Shown: in pieces, positions 17,265 to 20,000 of the stretch
How positions within the stretch are numbered: the first letter of the stretch is position 1
Layout of the letters: each line of letters begins with the position of its first letter
DNA from: an uncultured virus (IMG/VR IMGVR_UViG_3300016467_000248)
Lineage: Duplodnaviria; Heunggongvirae; Uroviricota; Caudoviricetes
Length of the DNA: 20,000 bases
IMG/VR virus record: IMGVR_UViG_3300016467_000248
Strand: one strand, 5' to 3'
Notes under the pieces: generated by a model
The model's database searches: none
What the model was told of the DNA's origin: nothing
The model's input: only the letters and a program-made list of their open reading frames with translations
Position numbers and translations under genes: made by a program

Positions 17265-20000
17265 ATGGCAACTTCTACTGGTTCTAGGGCCCTTGATTTC
17301 GCTTTGGGTATCGGGGCCTATGCCCCTCAGTATGACTTGCCTGAAGAAGCTCCTCAGGAGGGCGGCATCGCGTCCGCCCTTCCAAGTCGCGGAGGACCTC
17401 CCAGCAAAAACGCTGAAGCTTATGCTCCGCTAATCAAAGAAGCAGCTGCCCGACATAAGATACCCTATGAGCTTCTCATGGGCATTGCTCAGACAGAATC
17501 CAGCTTCAATCCGGCTGCTGTAGGGCCTAAGACAAAGTATGGAACAGCCAAGGGCATGTTCCAGATGATCGACTCCACGGCTCGTCGGTACGGCGTACAA
17601 GATCAGTTTGACCCAGCTCAAGAAGCGGATGGCGCTGCGCGCTATCTCAGCGACCTAATGAAGCGCTACAACGGAAATGCCGAACTAGCCGCTGCGGCGT
17701 ACAACGCTGGCGAAGGTAATGTGGACAAGTACCTCAGTGGTCGAGCGCCACTTCCGGCTCAGACTCAGGATTACGTTCCTAAAGTTCTTGGGCACGCAGC
17801 GCAGTTTGGCGCTTCTCCATTGGCGCAGGCTCCTCAGTCTCGTCAGCCATCTAATCCAATAGTCCCGCCACCGGAGGGTATGCAAGCTGTCTGGCTGTCC
17901 AACGGTACGCAGCTCAATGCTCCAGCGGGCATGACTCTGCAGCAGATCCACGAGAAGATGCAGAAAAACCATCCTGAGTTGGAGAATGTTGTTCCGACTC
18001 GAATCATGCAAACCGGCGATCAGACGTTTAACGTACCGTATAACATGCAGGACGACGAGGCTATGCACCACCTCGTCAACCAAGGGCTCATGAAAGACCC
18101 AATGGCAGCCAAGGGTGGCCGAGGTTGGAACAATCTGGTTAGCGGTCTCGAGAGGAGCATCGGCAACGCGGCGCTGGCTATGGGCAATCCTGAGATGGCC
18201 CAGCAGTTCTATGACAAAGCCAAGGCCGGCGAGTATCAGATGTACGAGTCTGAGGTCGAGGCGGCGAAGCGCAAAGGGTTTTTACCGGGCCTCAAGGCTG
18301 AGGCCATGCAGAATCTGGTCTATCCGGGCATGGAGATGCTCGGTGAGTTCGCTCCGGCTATGATACCTGTCGGCGGCGTCGCTGGCACAGCGGCCAAGAT
18401 TGCGGCTATGGTTCCGTCGTCGACTGGCTCCATCATGCAGTACGCCAAGGAAAGGGGCGTCGATCTCACGCCGACAGAAGCTTTGAGAGAGGGTATCCCG
18501 CTCGCGGCGGTCAGTACCGTAGGTCTGCCTTTGAAGGGTCTTGGGTTGGGGGCTGGTGCTGTAGAGAAAGGCCTGCTCCGCAGAACCGCTGAAGCGGGGG
18601 CGACCAACTTCGCCAAGAACGTCGCGGCTATGGGCACGATGGAAGGGCTCCATAAGGAGGCCGCTGGTGAGCCTGTGCTCCCTCAGACCCCCGAAGAAAT
18701 GGCTAGGCTCGCAGAGTCAGCCGCGTGGTTTGCAGGTCCTCATGCTCTGCTCGAAGGGGCCATGCCTCGTGAGCGCCCGGAGGCGCCGGAAGTCGCGCAG
18801 CGCGAACCTGTTCGGACCCCAGAAAGAGTATCTGAGGTCGTCGAGCCAGAAGTGGCCGGAGGCCCAGAGGTTGCCCCCGCTGTTAGAACCGAGCTGCAAA
18901 ACATCGGTGAGATGTATGGCCGGCATGTAATGGAAGCCGAGGCTCGGGGCGAACCACCCATGAGCCCGGAAGAGTTTATGGCTCAGTACAAACCTGAGCC
19001 TGTAGTGCAGGAAGAAATTAAAGACGAGCTCGCCCCGGGTGACATCGAGGCGGCTCCATCTTCTGCACCTGTTCAACCCAGCCCGTTCGTGCGTAAAGCA
19101 CAGGAGAGAAAGAATGCCCAGCAAGAGCCCAGCACAGGCGCGCCTGATGGCGGCAGCGGCGCACAACCCGGCTTTCGCGAAGAAGGTAGGGATCAAGCAG
19201 TCGGTGGCCAAGGAGTGGAACCAAGCGGACAAGGGGTCAAAGCTCCTGAAATCAAAGTCCCGGAAAAGAAAGTAGCCGCTGGTAAGCCACCTACTACTGA
19301 ACTCGCTCCACTGCAGGAAAGGGACTTTACGCCAGAAGAAGTTCAACAGATTCATGCGTGGCAAGACGAAGGTATCAGCCATAGAGATATTGCTAAGAAG
19401 CTCAAGATCCCCTATTTCAACTACTTGGTTAAAGCCGGCAAAGTTAGGGCCGGCGAAGGCGATCTAGGTAGTGTCATCAAGCCGGGCACTATGAAAGAAG
19501 GTGAGTACGCTACTCACGCCGAGTTGGAAAAACTGTCCGAAAAAGACCAGCTCAGCTATCTGCAGCTAATGGGTAAAACCAAGGAGGAGATGGGCGAGCG
19601 GCTTAAGCTGTCTGAAGAAGAAGTTACGAACAAGCTCCAAGAGTACGGCTTGCCTGACACAGAAGCTGAGCTTCAGCGGAAAATGTCCGAGGAGAAGAAA
19701 AAGGCGATCGAGGCTGACATTGAGCACCGCGCGCAGTTTCGTGAAGAGGAGCCTGCGCCTGTTTTGTCCGAAGGGTCCATTGAACGAGCAAGAGCAAAGA
19801 ACGAAAGGAGTACGGTCGTATTCGATCGGTCATCAAAAAGGGACCTCATAAAAAGTCGTAGCACAATTAGAAGGCGGGCGGAATCGGAGGCTAAAAAAGC
19901 GGGGACTATGGAAGAAGTAGTGCCCAGATCATGGCCTGAGATTGAAGCGGATCTCACGTCTACTTTTAATGACCTCCAGCGTTTACGCGAAGAAAAGGCA
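17265..20000 (+). CDS. Giant internal virion protein with N-terminal soluble lytic transglycosylase (SLT) domain; T7 gp16 analogue; 3' truncated
   Basis: Not in the track because it has no stop in the window. ATG at 17265 follows TAAGGT and the frame runs to 20000. SLT motifs: IAQTESSFNP (catalytic Glu codon 17496-17498), AKGMFQ, AAAYNAGEG, TQDYVPKV (about 17421-17790). Confidence 0.9.
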   Translation, partial: MATSTGSRALDFALGIGAYAPQYDLPEEAPQEGGIASALPSRGGPPSKNAEAYAPLIKEAAARHKIPYELLMGIAQTESSFNPAAVGPKTKYGTAKGMFQMIDSTARRYGVQDQFDPAQEADGAARYLSDLMKRYNGNAELAAAAYNAGEGNVDKYLSGRAPLPAQTQDYVPKVLGHAAQFGASPLAQAPQSRQPSNPIVPPPEGMQAVWLSNGTQLNAPAGMTLQQIHEKMQKNHPELENVVPTRIMQTGDQTFNVPYNMQDDEAMHHLVNQGLMKDPMAAKGGRGWNNLVSGLERSIGNAALAMGNPEMAQQFYDKAKAGEYQMYESEVEAAKRKGFLPGLKAEAMQNLVYPGMEMLGEFAPAMIPVGGVAGTAAKIAAMVPSSTGSIMQYAKERGVDLTPTEALREGIPLAAVSTVGLPLKGLGLGAGAVEKGLLRRTAEAGATNFAKNVAAMGTMEGLHKEAAGEPVLPQTPEEMARLAESAAWFAGPHALLEGAMPRERPEAPEVAQREPVRTPERVSEVVEPEVAGGPEVAPAVRTELQNIGEMYGRHVMEAEARGEPPMSPEEFMAQYKPEPVVQEEIKDELAPGDIEAAPSSAPVQPSPFVRKAQERKNAQQEPSTGAPDGGSGAQPGFREEGRDQAVGGQGVEPSGQGVKAPEIKVPEKKVAAGKPPTTELAPLQERDFTPEEVQQIHAWQDEGISHRDIAKKLKIPYFNYLVKAGKVRAGEGDLGSVIKPGTMKEGEYATHAELEKLSEKDQLSYLQLMGKTKEEMGERLKLSEEEVTNKLQEYGLPDTEAELQRKMSEEKKKAIEADIEHRAQFREEEPAPVLSEGSIERARAKNERSTVVFDRSSKRDLIKSRSTIRRRAESEAKKAGTMEEVVPRSWPEIEADLTSTFNDLQRLREEKA
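19102..19106 (+). promoter_or_regulatory. Shine-Dalgarno site (AGGAG) of the nested gene
   Basis: Same motif and 6-7 nt spacing as at the starts 2733, 6542 and 10241. Confidence 0.65.
19114..19275 (+). CDS. Nested +1-frame small basic protein (53 aa)
   Basis: AGGAG 7 nt upstream of ATG. MPSKSPAQARLMAAAAHNPAFAKKVGIKQSVAKEWNQADKGSKLLKSKSRKRK resembles a small protein family recalled as free-standing genes in uncultured phages. Confidence 0.75.
   Translation: MPSKSPAQARLMAAAAHNPAFAKKVGIKQSVAKEWNQADKGSKLLKSKSRKRK

Noticed and set aside
18653..18930. TAAGGAGG plus GTG opening an 87-aa +1 ORF inside the giant gene
   Set aside because: The SD is explained by host codons H-K-E-A, and the peptide looks like an off-frame shadow with no recognisable family, unlike 19114-19275. 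Not fully excluded.
19039..19113. Track start at GTG 19039 for the nested ORF
   Set aside because: No SD there. The SD and the recognisable sequence begin at ATG 19114.

Overview
The whole window is a densely packed, all plus-strand virion morphogenesis region of a tailed dsDNA phage or prophage with podovirus-like (P22/T7-style) organisation and almost no intergenic space. Gene order: head-tail adaptor (partial), CxxC protein, two small basic proteins, a second adaptor/tail protein, tail/fibre genes including a 673-aa mosaic fibre and a 20-aa-repeat protein, an embedded lysis cassette (M15 peptidase endolysin plus holin-like protein), an 807-aa nozzle/stabilisation protein, then putative internal virion (ejection) proteins interleaved with a cupin-like and a GNAT-like gene. 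It ends in a >912-aa lytic-transglycosylase protein running off the right edge. Four genes missing from the ORF track were added (850-1011, 5094-5249, 6542-6718, 17265->20000) and several starts were corrected. The most notable observations are a 53-aa basic gene with its own Shine-Dalgarno site nested in the +1 frame of the giant protein (19114-19275), a recurring xAxGG/KKGG/EGGIA motif across putative capsid-internal proteins, and putative enzyme genes coupled to ejection-protein genes. Family assignments come from motif recognition, synteny and recall; no database search was run.
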